Source of the DNA: Gelidibacter sp.
Lineage (GTDB): Bacteria > Bacteroidota > Bacteroidia > Flavobacteriales > Flavobacteriaceae
NCBI GenBank assembly: GCA_010906935.1
Contig: JAAFHC010000001.1
Coordinates: 3,157 to 67,156 of the forward strand
Length of the DNA: 64,000 nt
Reading direction: 5' to 3'
The notes beneath the pieces were generated by a model. The model saw only the letters and a list, made by a program, of their open reading frames with translations, did no database searches and was not told where the DNA came from. Below, one piece after another: positions 9,431-19,771 of the stretch (positions are counted from its first letter, which is position 1; every line of letters begins with the position of its first letter). Position numbers and translations under genes: made by a program.

Positions 9431-10054
9431 ATGGCAGAGTTAATTAAAATATATAACGAAAATCCCAACGAACGTGAAATTGACAAAGTTGTCAAGGTTT
9501 TACAAAAAGGCGGGATAATTATTTACCCAACGGATACCGTTTATGGGTTAGGCTGTGACATTACAAACACCAAAGCTATGGAAAAAGTAGCGCAGCTCAA
9601 AGGGTTAAAATTGGACAAAGCGAATTTTTCTTTTATTTGTTACGATTTAAGCAATTTGTCCGATTATGTAAAACAAATTGAAACGCCGGCCTATAAAATA
9701 TTAAAAAAGGCCTTGCCAGGACCATATACTTTTATTTTGCCGTCAAGCACCAATTTACCGAAAGCCTTTAAAAATAAAAAAACAGTGGGTATTCGTATTC
9801 CCGACAATAATATTATTAGAGAATTGGTAAAAAAATTGGGAAATCCCATAGTTTCCACTTCAATTTATGATGAAGACGATTTGTTGGAATATACCACAGA
9901 CCCTGAATTGATATTTGAAAAATGGGAAAATAAAGTGGATATTGTGATTGATGGCGGTTACGGAAGCAATATTCCATCAACAGTTGTTGACTTATCTGAA
10001 GGGGAAATTACTGTTTTGCGTGAAGGATTGGGAAGTGTGGAGGCGTTACTATAG
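9431..10054 (+). CDS. tsaC: L-threonylcarbamoyladenylate synthase (TsaC/YrdC type)
   Basis: 207 aa. YrdC-domain motifs YPTDTVYGLGCD, GIRIPDN and STVVDL. Confidence 0.9.
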   Translation: MAELIKIYNENPNEREIDKVVKVLQKGGIIIYPTDTVYGLGCDITNTKAMEKVAQLKGLKLDKANFSFICYDLSNLSDYVKQIETPAYKILKKALPGPYTFILPSSTNLPKAFKNKKTVGIRIPDNNIIRELVKKLGNPIVSTSIYDEDDLLEYTTDPELIFEKWENKVDIVIDGGYGSNIPSTVVDLSEGEITVLREGLGSVEALL

Positions 10055-11086
10055 CAATTCTTTATATTCTTTTTTACCCAAAACAAAATACTGCCAAACA
10101 ATGCTTTTTATCGTATAATAATCCGCTGTATTTGCGGATTTTTTTCTTTTTTTAAGCATTTTGGAAAAATATTTGTAAAAACTGAAATGCGCATTAAGTA
10201 TTGCAAGGAAATGCATAGGCTTCCATTCCGCTAAAAATTTTAATCCGGCAAAACCATCCAGCACAAGTCGCGAGAGAATGATTGGAATCAACCTGTTTTT
10301 GGGCAGATTTTTAACCAAACTAAACAAACTGTTTCTGAAATTTAAAAATGTTTTTGCTGGATTTGCTTCTTTTAACGTTGCGCCGCCTACGTGATAAACA
10401 GTTGAACGGCCTACATATTTAATGGTTTTGGCTAAATTTTTCGCTCGCCAACACAAATCTATTTCTTCCTGATGCGCAAAATAATCTTCATCGAAACCAT
10501 TGAGTTCGTGATAAACTGATGAACGAATAAAAAAACAAGCGCCCGATGCCCAAAAAATTTCAGTTTCATCGTTAAATTGATTCATATCAGTTTCTAACTG
10601 AGAAAAAATACGGCCTCGGCAAAAAGGATACCCAAACTTGTCAATAAATCCGCCAGCTGCACCGGCATATTCAAACTTGTTTTTATTTTTATAATCCAGT
10701 ATTTTTGGCTGAATAATGGCCGTATTTGGCTCGTTTTCAAAAATTGAAACTACAGGATTCAACCATCCTTCAGTCACTTCAATATCGGAATTCACCAACG
10801 CATAAATATCTGCTTCAACGTGTTGCAAAGCATCATTATAGCCTTTGGCAAATCCACCGTTTACCACATTTTGAATAATTTTAATCTGTGGATACGCTTG
10901 TTTCACAAAAACAACAGAATCATCGACAGAAGCATTGTCGGCCACATAAATTTCCACATTCTTGAAATCGCTGTATTTTACGATGGAAGGAAGGAATTTT
11001 TCCAGCAATTGTTTCCCGTTCCAGTTTAAGATGACGATGGCTATTTTCACGTATGCAAACTTAATTAAAAAGATGAAACGAGCCAT
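10049..11086 (-). CDS. Family 2 glycosyltransferase
   Basis: IAIVILNWNG, DNASVDDS and the NSD...DED region. The first 12 codons (MARFIFLIKFAY) are supplied by repeat copy A, so the true start may be the GTG at 11050 (VKIAIVILNWNG). Confidence 0.85.
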   Translation of the reverse strand: MARFIFLIKFAYVKIAIVILNWNGKQLLEKFLPSIVKYSDFKNVEIYVADNASVDDSVVFVKQAYPQIKIIQNVVNGGFAKGYNDALQHVEADIYALVNSDIEVTEGWLNPVVSIFENEPNTAIIQPKILDYKNKNKFEYAGAAGGFIDKFGYPFCRGRIFSQLETDMNQFNDETEIFWASGACFFIRSSVYHELNGFDEDYFAHQEEIDLCWRAKNLAKTIKYVGRSTVYHVGGATLKEANPAKTFLNFRNSLFSLVKNLPKNRLIPIILSRLVLDGFAGLKFLAEWKPMHFLAILNAHFSFYKYFSKMLKKRKKSANTADYYTIKSIVWQYFVLGKKEYKELL

Positions 11087-11187
11087 AACAAATTTTGATA
11101 CACAGTAGAATGATTAATGGCGAACCTGCCTGTCCGGCAGGCAGGCTGCATCTGTACCAATAAAAAATAAAATATAAACAGATGAAA
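11071..11187 (-). repeat. Dispersed structured intergenic element, copy A (full length, ~117 bp)
   Basis: The reverse complement reads aaatttcatctgtttatattttattttttattggtacagatgcagcctgcctgccggacaggcaggttcgccattaatcattctactgtgtatcaaaatttgttatggctcgtttcatct. It aligns along its length with 16827-16922 and 27719-27815 and contains an extra GC hairpin cctgcctg-ccgga-caggcagg. Confidence 0.85.
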
Positions 11188-11207
11188 TTTACAGGCAGAA
11201 CTTATCA

Positions 11208-11654
11208 TTATTGTTCATATTTAGGAATAGTTTCTAAAAAAACATAGCATTCATTTTTCAAATCCATAACAGCATAAAAATGGGTTAAACCGTTGGTGAC
11301 AATAAGATAATTGGCTTCTAATTTTAAATTATAGCGGGCAATTTGATCGAAAGCCTCTTGGGTGATTTTTATGGAAGGCGCTTTACATTCAACAATGATA
11401 TGCGGTTTGCCTTTTGCGTTAAAAACCAGGATGTCTGTGCGTTTGGTTAACTTGTTGACGGTTACCTTTTTTTCAACGGCAATGAGCGAAATCGGATAGT
11501 TTTTTGCTGATATTAAATAATGAATCATATGCTGACGTACCCATTCTTCTGGAGTGAGAACCATATATTTTTTTCGGACAATATCGAATATAAAATACTT
11601 ATTTTCGCTACTTTTGATTTTGAAAGGATATGTAGGTAAATTCAATGGCCGCAT
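11208..11654 (-). CDS. HsdR N-terminal-domain-like protein (stand-alone PD-(D/E)xK fold)
   Basis: 148 aa. EEWVRQHMIHYL, TDILVF...PHIIVECKAP (D...ExK-type motif), YLIVTNG. Confidence 0.75.
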   Translation of the reverse strand: MRPLNLPTYPFKIKSSENKYFIFDIVRKKYMVLTPEEWVRQHMIHYLISAKNYPISLIAVEKKVTVNKLTKRTDILVFNAKGKPHIIVECKAPSIKITQEAFDQIARYNLKLEANYLIVTNGLTHFYAVMDLKNECYVFLETIPKYEQ

Positions 11655-11683
11655 CCCACAAAAATGCTAATTTTTTTTTATAA

Positions 11684-12688
11684 ATGAGTGATGTAACCAA
11701 AATAGTTTCAGATATCGAAAGCGGAAATATTAAACCCATTTATTTTTTGATGGGTGATGAGCCTTATTATATTGATAAAATTTCTGAATATATTGAAAAG
11801 AGTGTGCTTTCCGAAGAAGAAAAGGGATTCAATCAGATGGTTCTATATGGAAGGGATGTTGCTGTAGAAGATTTAATTGACAACGCAAAACGCTATCCGA
11901 TGATGGCCGACAGACAAGTGGTGATTGTGAAGGAAGCACAAGATTTGTCGAGAACTATTGAAAATTTAGCTTCTTATGCCGAAAATCCACAACCTTCAAC
12001 GGTGTTGGTTATTTGCTATAAATACAAAACCATTGACAAGCGCAAAAAGTTGTACAAAGCCATTCAAAAATGTGGATTGGTGTATGAAAGCAAAAAGTTG
12101 TACGAAAATCAGGTTGCAGATTGGATTAGACGGGTTTTAGCGGGTAAAAACTATAAAATAGACACGAAAGCCACCTTAATGCTGGTGGAATATTTGGGCA
12201 ATGATTTGAGTAAAATCAGCAATGAACTGGATAAGTTAATGATTGTTCTACCGCCAAATTCAACCATAACGCCCAAAGCAATTGAAGAAAATATAGGGAT
12301 TAGCAAAGATTATAATAATTTTGAATTGCGAAAGGCAGTAGGTGAAAAAAATGTGCTGAGTGCAAACAGAATTATCAATCATTTTGCGCAAAACCAAAAA
12401 GCAAATCCCATGGTTGTAACCATTTCATTATTGAATGGTTTTTTTACACAGTTGCTTATTTACCATAGTTTAAAAGACAAATCGAGTAACAGTGTCGCAA
12501 AATCTTTAGGTGTAAATCCGTTTTTTGTTTCAGATTATACTTCAGCCGCAAAAAACTATCCAATGCGAAAAGTGTCGCAGGTCATTGGTTTGTTGCGTGA
12601 TGCCGATTTAAAAAGCAAAGGTGTTGGCGCAAATGCTTTGCCGGCGGGAGATATTTTGAAAGAATTGTTATTTAAAATTATTCATTAA
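11684..12688 (+). CDS. holA: DNA polymerase III delta subunit
   Basis: 334 aa. Typical N-terminus IKPIYFLMGDEPYYIDK and a C-terminal helical clamp-loader domain. Confidence 0.85.
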   Translation: MSDVTKIVSDIESGNIKPIYFLMGDEPYYIDKISEYIEKSVLSEEEKGFNQMVLYGRDVAVEDLIDNAKRYPMMADRQVVIVKEAQDLSRTIENLASYAENPQPSTVLVICYKYKTIDKRKKLYKAIQKCGLVYESKKLYENQVADWIRRVLAGKNYKIDTKATLMLVEYLGNDLSKISNELDKLMIVLPPNSTITPKAIEENIGISKDYNNFELRKAVGEKNVLSANRIINHFAQNQKANPMVVTISLLNGFFTQLLIYHSLKDKSSNSVAKSLGVNPFFVSDYTSAAKNYPMRKVSQVIGLLRDADLKSKGVGANALPAGDILKELLFKIIH

Positions 12689-12696
12689 GCCCCCTA

Positions 12697-12888
12697 ACCG
12701 TTTAACTGTTTAATCGTTTAACTGTTTAACTGTTTAATCGTTTAACCAAATAGCCAACAACCAAATAACTGTTTAACTGTTTAATCGTTTAACTGTTTAA
12801 CTGTTTAATCGTTTAACCAAATAGCCAACAACCAAATAACTGTTTAACTGTTTAATCGTTTAACGGTTTAACCAAATAACCAACAACT
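12697..12888. repeat. Higher-order tandem repeat: 71-bp unit x ~2.7, itself built from 7-9 bp CTGTTTAA(T)/CGTTTAA words plus a CCAAATAGCCAACAACCAAATAA block
   Basis: The CCAAATAGCC block starts at 12746 and again at 12817 (71-bp period). A truncated third copy starts at 12872. The array fills the whole holA / M28 peptidase convergent spacer. Confidence 0.9.
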
Positions 12889-12891
12889 ACA

Positions 12892-13917
12892 TTATTTATC
12901 AACAGTAATTCTTTTTTCCCTATTGGCTATTTCCCATGCGGTGTAAAACACCAATTGCGTTCTTTTGGCCAATAATTCATAATTAATTTTATCGGGCGTA
13001 TCGCTTATGCGGTGATAATTTTCATGGGTGCCGTTAAAATAAAAAATGACAGGGATGTTATTTTTTGCAAAATTGTAATGGTCAGAACGATAATAAAAAC
13101 GATTTGGATCGCTTTCTTCATTGTATTTGTAGTCTAATTTTAATTTGGTGAATTTGTCATTCATTTCTTCAGATAATTCGTGCAATTCAGAACTAAGTTT
13201 ATCGGAACCAATTAAATACACATAATTTGGGTCGTTTTCATGGGCATCGTCTGAGCGACCGATCATATCTATATTTAAATTTGAAACTGTATTTGCTAAA
13301 GGGAAAATAGGAAAATTCACATAATATTTAGAGCCAAGTAATCCTTTTTCCTCACCGGTAACGTGCAAAAATAAGATGGAACGTTTGGGTCCGTTTCCTT
13401 CTTCAACGGCTTTCTGAAAAGCTTCAGCAATTGCCATTACAGCCACAGTTCCAGAACCATTATCATCGGCGCCATTATAAATTTCGCCATCCTTATCTAT
13501 TCCAAGATGGTCATAATGTGCAGAAATGACCACAATTTCATCTGGTTTTTCAGAACCTTTGATAAAAGCAAGCACATTTTCTGAGGGTTTTAAATTGGAT
13601 CTCAAATGTTTTGTTGAAATAATTTGAAAATAATTATTTCCACCTAGCGGAGAGGCAATATTTTTTGACATATAAAAATCTTTCAGGTATTCCGCAGCCA
13701 ATTTTTGTCCGGGTTCACCGGTATTTCTTCCTTTAAATTCATCCGAAGCAATAATATATAAATGTATTTTCAAATCAGCTTCTGTAATTCCGGCAGCAAA
13801 TTTTTGCGCCAATTTCCCTGTAATTTCAACAGATTCAGCAGCTTGGGCAACAATATTGTTATTAAAGCCAACTTGTAACAGACTTAAAAATAGTGCGGTA
13901 AAAAGAATTTTCTTCAT
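12892..13917 (-). CDS. M28 family zinc aminopeptidase, secreted
   Basis: 341 aa. Signal peptide. Metal-ligand motifs SAHYDHLG, GADDNGSG and GEEKGLLGS. Confidence 0.88.
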   Translation of the reverse strand: MKKILFTALFLSLLQVGFNNNIVAQAAESVEITGKLAQKFAAGITEADLKIHLYIIASDEFKGRNTGEPGQKLAAEYLKDFYMSKNIASPLGGNNYFQIISTKHLRSNLKPSENVLAFIKGSEKPDEIVVISAHYDHLGIDKDGEIYNGADDNGSGTVAVMAIAEAFQKAVEEGNGPKRSILFLHVTGEEKGLLGSKYYVNFPIFPLANTVSNLNIDMIGRSDDAHENDPNYVYLIGSDKLSSELHELSEEMNDKFTKLKLDYKYNEESDPNRFYYRSDHYNFAKNNIPVIFYFNGTHENYHRISDTPDKINYELLAKRTQLVFYTAWEIANREKRITVDK

Positions 13918-13952
13918 AAAATGATTTTATTAATCAATCAAAGATACCAAAG

Positions 13953-14750
13953 TTAGTCAGAATTCGAGAGCGTGAACTGTTTTAAAGTTTTGTTAAAGCG
14001 AATTAAATCAGAATCAAAAAGTTGTTCAAGGCAATTGTTTTCAATTAAATTTTCAGTGGAATCCGCCATAAAGTTTGAAGGAGTCATCAACCATAAAATA
14101 TCAGCCAATTGCAAAGCCAAATTTACTTCATGGGTAGAAACAATTATTGTTTTATGAAAATCTTTGGCCAATTTTTTTAACAATGCCAAGGTCTCAATGG
14201 TATGATGAATGTCCAAATGCGCCGTTGGCTCATCCAAAATAATAATGTCGGTATTTTGCGCCAATGCCCTTGCAATGAGCACTTTTTGAAGCTGCCCGTC
14301 GCTTAACTCGTAATATTTTGCGTTGATCAAATGTTTGGTGTTGGTTTGTTCAAAGGCGGTATCAATAAATTTTAAATCTGTGTCAGATAAATTGCCGACC
14401 CAATTGGTATAAGGCTGACGGCCCAAAGCCACCAATTCATAAACCGACAAATTGCTTTCGGGCAAATGCTCGGTTAAAACCAAACTGAGCGATTTGGCCA
14501 AATCAACGCTGTTTAACGTTTTTAAGTTGGTGTTATTGATGAAAATTTCACCGCTTAAAGCAGGTTGAACCTTGGTTAAAGTCCGTAACAAAGTCGATTT
14601 CCCAATCCCGTTTTTCCCTAACAAACAAACCAATTTTCCTTTATCCAGTTCAATATTTAGGTTAGCCGCAATGGTGTTCACGTTCTTTTTAGACGTGTAA
14701 CCAATGCTTAAATTGCTGGTTTTAATGATATGTTGATCTTTTAAACTCAC
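13953..14750 (-). CDS. ABC transporter ATP-binding protein, FecE/BtuD (iron-chelate/cobalamin) type
   Basis: 265 aa. Walker A GKNGIGKST, signature LSDGQLQK, Walker B IIILDEPTAHLD. Confidence 0.88.
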   Translation of the reverse strand: MSLKDQHIIKTSNLSIGYTSKKNVNTIAANLNIELDKGKLVCLLGKNGIGKSTLLRTLTKVQPALSGEIFINNTNLKTLNSVDLAKSLSLVLTEHLPESNLSVYELVALGRQPYTNWVGNLSDTDLKFIDTAFEQTNTKHLINAKYYELSDGQLQKVLIARALAQNTDIIILDEPTAHLDIHHTIETLALLKKLAKDFHKTIIVSTHEVNLALQLADILWLMTPSNFMADSTENLIENNCLEQLFDSDLIRFNKTLKQFTLSNSD

Positions 14751-15785
14751 TTAATAAGTTATTTTTCGTTTTCTGACTAGTAACCAAATAATAATAGGTG
14801 CGCCAAATAATGAGGTTATTGCGTTAATGGGCAAGGTATATTCACTGGTTGGCAATTGGGCAATGCTGTCGCAAATAAGCATAATGATGGCGCCACTTAT
14901 GGCAACTGCCGGCACCAATATTTTATGGTTGGAAGTGCTGAAAAGCAGTTTTGTCAAATGGGGAACCGCCAAACCAATAAAGGCAATAGGTCCGGAAAAA
15001 GCGGTAATAACGCCTGTTAACAAACTGGTAGAAATCAAGGTTAAATTTCTGGTTCGTTTTACATTAACGCCCATACTTTTTGCATAATTTTCTCCCAAAA
15101 GCAAGCTGTTTAACGGTTTTATAATAAAAATCACACAGGTCATTCCAATTAAAAAAATAATTAAAAGTACTAAAATTTCATTCCAGCTTAAATTTCCCAA
15201 GCTGCCAAAACTCCAAAATAAATATTGCTGCAACTGATTGGCGCTGCTGAAATAGGCCAACACACTGATTACGGAAGCCGTTAAACTCCCAAACATCAAT
15301 CCGATAATCAATATAGACATGGTGTTTCTCACTTTTATGGCTGCCAGCATCACCGCTGAAAGCACTAAAAAAGCACCTAGACTTGCAGCAATCGCGTGTC
15401 CCCAGCTGCTAAATGCAAAACCGGCTGTAGTTGCACCAAAAAACGAGGCACCCAAAATCAATATGGCGACACCCAAACTTGCGCCCGAACTGATACCCAA
15501 AACATAAGGTCCGGCTAAAGGATTCCTGAAAAGGGTTTGCATCAACAATCCGCTAATCGACAATCCCGATCCCACAATAATCGCCGTAATTGCCTTTGGC
15601 AACCTGTAATTAAGCGCAATTGATTTCCACGATTCTTTTTCAACTTCACCATCTATAAAAGCCAAAAACAATTGTTTTAACGGAATATAAACAGAACCCA
15701 AACTTATGTTTACAATAAATATAAGCAGGAGTGCACCCAATAAAATAATAAACGTGTTTCTATATGATTTTGTTGAATTTACCAA
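14751..15785 (-). CDS. FecCD/BtuC-family ABC permease (iron-chelate/cobalamin type)
   Basis: 344 aa and ~9-10 TM. Typical FecCD motifs ([34 protein letters not shown]). Abuts the ATPase gene with no gap. Confidence 0.88.
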   Translation of the reverse strand: MVNSTKSYRNTFIILLGALLLIFIVNISLGSVYIPLKQLFLAFIDGEVEKESWKSIALNYRLPKAITAIIVGSGLSISGLLMQTLFRNPLAGPYVLGISSGASLGVAILILGASFFGATTAGFAFSSWGHAIAASLGAFLVLSAVMLAAIKVRNTMSILIIGLMFGSLTASVISVLAYFSSANQLQQYLFWSFGSLGNLSWNEILVLLIIFLIGMTCVIFIIKPLNSLLLGENYAKSMGVNVKRTRNLTLISTSLLTGVITAFSGPIAFIGLAVPHLTKLLFSTSNHKILVPAVAISGAIIMLICDSIAQLPTSEYTLPINAITSLFGAPIIIWLLVRKRKITY

Positions 15786-16366
15786 TGATGCTCCTTTAAA
15801 AATGTAACTAATTTTTCTATTGCTTTTCCGCGATGGCTGATTTTTCCTTTTTCATCCATATTCATTTCTGCAAATGATGTTTTATAACCATCTGGCATAA
15901 AAATAGGGTCGTAGCCAAAACCGCTTTCTCCTCGTTTTTTTGTTAAAATGGAGCCTTCGCAAATTCCTTCAAATATAAACTGTTTTCCTTGAATATTTAG
16001 CGCGATTGCCGTCTTAAATTGCGCTTTCCGGTTTGGATTATTTTTGATGTTATTCAATAATTTATTCATGTTCTCTTCGGCATTGTTGCTTTCCCCGGCA
16101 TAACGCGCCGAATAAACGCCCGGTTCATTATTTAAGGCTTCAACTTCCAGTCCGGTATCGTCAGCAAAACAATCCAGTCCGTATTTTTCAGTGATAAAAT
16201 TGGCTTTTAAAATAGCATTTCCTTCCAAAGTATCGGCAGTTTCCGGGATATCATCAAAACAATTGATATCGGCCAAGCTTACAATATCGAAATTTGTGAG
16301 CATCGCCTGAACTTCTTTGAGTTTGTGTTGGTTGTTTGTGGCGAAAACCAGTTTTAATTTATTCAT
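15779..16366 (-). CDS. rdgB: Non-canonical purine NTP pyrophosphatase (RdgB/HAM1)
   Basis: 195 aa. [26 protein letters not shown] and SHRGKA motifs. Confidence 0.92.
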   Translation of the reverse strand: MNKLKLVFATNNQHKLKEVQAMLTNFDIVSLADINCFDDIPETADTLEGNAILKANFITEKYGLDCFADDTGLEVEALNNEPGVYSARYAGESNNAEENMNKLLNNIKNNPNRKAQFKTAIALNIQGKQFIFEGICEGSILTKKRGESGFGYDPIFMPDGYKTSFAEMNMDEKGKISHRGKAIEKLVTFLKEHHW

Positions 16367-16832
16367 GGTGATATGGTTCGTTTTTTAAAATGGTAAAAGC
16401 CCTATACAACTGTTCAACAACAAACAACCGAATCATTTGGTGGGAAAAAGTCATTTTTGACAAGGATATTTTTCCTTGCGCCTGATGGTAAACGGCTTCC
16501 GAAAATCCGTACGGGCCGCCAATAACCAAAACTAATTGTTTTACGCCAGCATTCATTTTTTTTTGAAGGTATTCAGAAAAAGCGACAGAACTAAATTGGG
16601 TTCCTTTTTCATCTAACAATATTAAAACGTCTGTTGACGTTAATTTTTTTAAAATGAGTTCGCCTTCTTTTTCTTTTTGTTGCACTTCGGTTAGGTTTTT
16701 GACATTCTTTATGTCAGGAATTAAATCAATCTCAAAATTGATATAATGCTTCAGCCTATTTTGATAAGCTTCAATGAGCATATGTAAATTTTTAGCATCG
16801 GTTTTGCCAATGGCCAACAGTTTAATTTTCAT
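16359..16832 (-). CDS. rlmH: 23S rRNA (pseudouridine1915-N3)-methyltransferase RlmH
   Basis: 157 aa. SPOUT fold with [10 protein letters not shown] and the [16 protein letters not shown]...PYH C-terminus. Confidence 0.92.
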   Translation of the reverse strand: MKIKLLAIGKTDAKNLHMLIEAYQNRLKHYINFEIDLIPDIKNVKNLTEVQQKEKEGELILKKLTSTDVLILLDEKGTQFSSVAFSEYLQKKMNAGVKQLVLVIGGPYGFSEAVYHQAQGKISLSKMTFSHQMIRLFVVEQLYRAFTILKNEPYHHE

Positions 16833-16922
16833 CTGTTTAAATTTTATTTTTCAGCGGTAACAGATGCTGCCTGCCATGATTCATTAATTTGTGTGTCAAA
16901 ATTTGCGATGCTCGTTTCATTC
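16827..16922 (+). repeat. Dispersed structured intergenic element, copy B (GC hairpin deleted)
   Basis: tttcatctgtttaaattttatttttcagcggtaacagatgctgcctgccatgattcattaatttgtgtgtcaaaatttgcgatgctcgtttcattc. Its CAT at 16830-16832 is the rlmH start codon. Confidence 0.85.
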
Positions 16923-16970
16923 GGTAAATATAAAAAGAATTAAAGATGAATTTTTTGAAAATAAAAAAGT

Positions 16971-16978
16971 TATTTTTG
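16971..16978 (+). promoter_or_regulatory. Candidate -7 promoter box (TAnnTTTG) for nadC
   Basis: tatttttg lies 21 bp upstream of the nadC ATG. Confidence 0.4.
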
Positions 16979-16998
16979 TTTGATAATAGACAAATCCA

Positions 16999-17856
16999 AT
17001 GATTTCACAGCAGCAATTTGAAAAAGAACTTGATATTATTATTTCCAATGCCATAAGGGAAGATGTGGGCGATGGCGATCACAGCTCTTTGGCTTGCATT
17101 CCAAAAGAAGCAAAAGGCAAAGCAAAATTACTGGTTAAAGAAGCCGGAATTATTGCTGGCGTGGAAATGGCAAAAAGAATTTTCAAATATGTGGATTCAG
17201 ATTTAAAAGTGGAAACATTGATTAACGACGGGGAAACCGTAAAATATGGAGATGTTGTTTTTTATGTTGAAGGAAGCTCACAATCCATTTTGAAATCGGA
17301 ACGTCTGGTATTGAACGTGATGCAGCGGATGAGCGCCATTGCCACAAAAACAAAAGAATTCACCAAACTGTTGGAAGGTACAAAAACCAAAATTTTAGAT
17401 ACCAGAAAAACCACTCCGGGCATCAGAGCCATAGAAAAATGGTCAGTAAAAATTGGCGGCGGCGAAAATCATAGATTCGCCTTGTATGATATGATTATGC
17501 TTAAGGACAATCACATCGATTTTGCCGGAGGCGTTTCAAAAGCAATAGAAAAAACCAAAAACTATTTAAAAATCAATAAGCTGGATTTAAAAATTATTGT
17601 TGAAGCCAGAAGCATAGCAGAAATAAAAGAAATATTGAAACACGAAGGCATTCACAGAATATTGATTGATAATTTTGATTTTGAAGAAACTAAAAAAGCT
17701 GTTCAAATAATTGGAAATAAATGCCAAACGGAATCTTCGGGAGGAATTAATTTGGACTCCGTCAGAAAATATGCCGAATGCGGCGTAGATTATGTTTCTT
17801 CTGGTGCTTTAACGCATTCTGTTTACAATATGGATTTGAGTTTGAAAGCGGTTTAA
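16999..17856 (+). CDS. nadC: Nicotinate-nucleotide pyrophosphorylase (carboxylating)
   Basis: 285 aa. ILDTRKTTPG, NHRFALYDMIMLKDNH and VSSGALTHS motifs. Confidence 0.93.
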   Translation: MISQQQFEKELDIIISNAIREDVGDGDHSSLACIPKEAKGKAKLLVKEAGIIAGVEMAKRIFKYVDSDLKVETLINDGETVKYGDVVFYVEGSSQSILKSERLVLNVMQRMSAIATKTKEFTKLLEGTKTKILDTRKTTPGIRAIEKWSVKIGGGENHRFALYDMIMLKDNHIDFAGGVSKAIEKTKNYLKINKLDLKIIVEARSIAEIKEILKHEGIHRILIDNFDFEETKKAVQIIGNKCQTESSGGINLDSVRKYAECGVDYVSSGALTHSVYNMDLSLKAV

Positions 17857-17860
17857 TTAT

Positions 17861-17973
17861 CTGTTAAAAGTTAAATGTTATTTGTTAAATGTTATATGTT
17901 ATATGTGAAAATATTTAAAAAACACGAATTGAATCAAAAAAATTAAAATTCAAAAATCGTAAATCGTAAATCC
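17861..17973. repeat. AT-rich word repeats (GTTAAATG / GTTATATG units; AATCGTAAATCGTAAATCC)
   Basis: ctgttaaaagttaaatgttatttgttaaatgttatatgttatatgtg at 17861-17907 and aatcgtaaatcgtaaatcc at 17954-17973. Confidence 0.7.
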
Positions 17974-18011
17974 AAAAATACCAATCAAACTTTGAATCTA
18001 TTTAAAAATAA

Positions 18012-19037
18012 ATGAGGAAACACACCATAGCAATCATAAATAAAATCAAGAAACTGGAGTGGATTGTTCGGCTGGGGAAAAACGTTAAAATTCCCGGTTT
18101 AATGGGCATGTCACTTTATGAGGTGCTGAAAATATATTTTCTGGGAATCATAAAAGGTGCGCTAACATCTCGTGCCGGCGGTATTGCATTCAGCTTTTTT
18201 ATGGCCTTGTTTCCATTTTTACTTTTTATACTTACCCTAATTCCATATGTGCCCATTGAAGGATTTCAGCAAGATTTTTTGTTTATGATTGAAAGTTTGT
18301 TGCCTCCAAATACGGCCAGTTCTTTTCAGGAAGTTATAAGAGATATTGTAATTAATAAATACGGAGGATTGCTTTCTTTCGGGTTTTTAGCCTCCATATT
18401 TTTAATGGCCAACGGGGTAAGTTCCATTTTTGCCGGATTTGAATATTCTTATCATGTGGTAGAAATGCGCAGTATTTTACGACAATATTTTATTTCCATG
18501 CTTATGGCAATCGTATTGACGGTTATTTTATTTATTGTGGTTGCGGTCACTGTTTATTTTGAAATAGGCATAAACGATTTAAAAGCAAGAGGATGGCTGG
18601 AAAACGATGTGTTTTGGATTGAAAAAGGAAGGTTCCTTTTATTGGTGGCATTGATATTTTTTTCGGTTTCCGTATTGTATAAATATGGCGCAAAAGAAGT
18701 GAAACAAAGTACTTTTTTTACGCCTGGATCTCTTTTAACAACCGTATTAACTTTATTAATGTTCAAATTATTCGCCATTTATGTGTTGAAATTCGCCACT
18801 TACAACCAACTTTATGGCTCCATTGGCACTTTATTGGTGTTAATGGTTTTTGTTTGGTTAAACTCTATCATATTGCTGTTGGGATTTGAGTTAAATGCAA
18901 GTATCAACAGGCTTAAAAGAAATTATATAAAGGATTTTGAATTGAAAGAAATAGAAGTGAAAGAAGAGGAATTATTGGAAAAGGAAAGAGAACTGAAAGA
19001 TTTAAAGGACTTAAAAGAAAAAGAATTAAAAAAATGA
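18012..19037 (+). CDS. YihY/BrkB-family membrane protein with a Lys/Glu-rich C-terminal tail
   Basis: 341 aa, ~6 [18 protein letters not shown] and LLLGFELNA motifs. The tail is [30 protein letters not shown]. Confidence 0.85.
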   Translation: MRKHTIAIINKIKKLEWIVRLGKNVKIPGLMGMSLYEVLKIYFLGIIKGALTSRAGGIAFSFFMALFPFLLFILTLIPYVPIEGFQQDFLFMIESLLPPNTASSFQEVIRDIVINKYGGLLSFGFLASIFLMANGVSSIFAGFEYSYHVVEMRSILRQYFISMLMAIVLTVILFIVVAVTVYFEIGINDLKARGWLENDVFWIEKGRFLLLVALIFFSVSVLYKYGAKEVKQSTFFTPGSLLTTVLTLLMFKLFAIYVLKFATYNQLYGSIGTLLVLMVFVWLNSIILLLGFELNASINRLKRNYIKDFELKEIEVKEEELLEKERELKDLKDLKEKELKK

Positions 19038-19771
19038 AAATGATCGCAATGATTCCTGCCCGTTTTGAAGCGAGCCGATTTCCAGGGAAATTAATGAAAG
19101 ATTTGGCCGGAAAAACGGTTATTTTAAGAACCTACGAAGCAACAAAAAATGCGAATTTGTTTGAGGAAGTTTATGTGGTGACGGACAGTGATGTTATTTT
19201 TGATGAAATTATTTCTAATGGAGGTAAAGCCATAAAAAGTAAAAAGGAACACGAATCGGGAAGCGACAGGATTGCAGAAGCCATCGAAAATATGGAGGTG
19301 GATATTGTGGTAAATGTGCAAGGAGATGAACCTTTCACTAAAAAAGAACCGCTTTTAAAATTGCTGGAAGTTTTTAAAACGGATCAAAAAAAGGAAATAG
19401 ACATTGCTTCCTTAATGATAAAAATGGATGACAAAGCAGAAATTGACAATCCGAACAATGTAAAAGTGGTGACCGATGATCGAAATTTTGCGATGTATTT
19501 TTCTCGTTCAGCAATTCCGTATCCGAGAGACGAATCTTTAGCCGTTTATTTTAAACATATCGGAATTTATGCCTTCAGAAAAGAAGCTTTACTGAAATTC
19601 ACTAAATTGCCAATGAATAGACTGGAAATCACTGAAAAATTAGAAAATCTTCGTTTTTTGTCCTACGGATTAAAAGTAAAAATGGTTGAAACCGATCAAA
19701 TAGCCATTGGCATAGACACACCCGAAGATTTGGAAAGAGCCAATGCAATCTTTAAAAATATTAAATATTAA
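19034..19771 (+). CDS. kdsB: 3-deoxy-manno-octulosonate cytidylyltransferase (CMP-KDO synthetase)
   Basis: 245 aa. [20 protein letters not shown] and GIDTPEDLE motifs. ATGA overlap with the upstream gene. Confidence 0.92.
   Translation: MKMIAMIPARFEASRFPGKLMKDLAGKTVILRTYEATKNANLFEEVYVVTDSDVIFDEIISNGGKAIKSKKEHESGSDRIAEAIENMEVDIVVNVQGDEPFTKKEPLLKLLEVFKTDQKKEIDIASLMIKMDDKAEIDNPNNVKVVTDDRNFAMYFSRSAIPYPRDESLAVYFKHIGIYAFRKEALLKFTKLPMNRLEITEKLENLRFLSYGLKVKMVETDQIAIGIDTPEDLERANAIFKNIKY

Noticed and set aside
12697-12888. Possible CRISPR array
   Set aside because: There are no unique spacers: everything between the short words is itself repeated in the 71-bp higher-order unit. The units are 7-9 bp rather than 28-37 bp, and no cas genes or leader are nearby.
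13953-15785. Assigning the FecCD/FecE pair firmly to vitamin B12 import (btuCD)
   Set aside because: The family signature does not discriminate between cobalamin, haem and siderophore substrates. No riboswitch or binding-protein gene is adjacent, so the genes are annotated generically.
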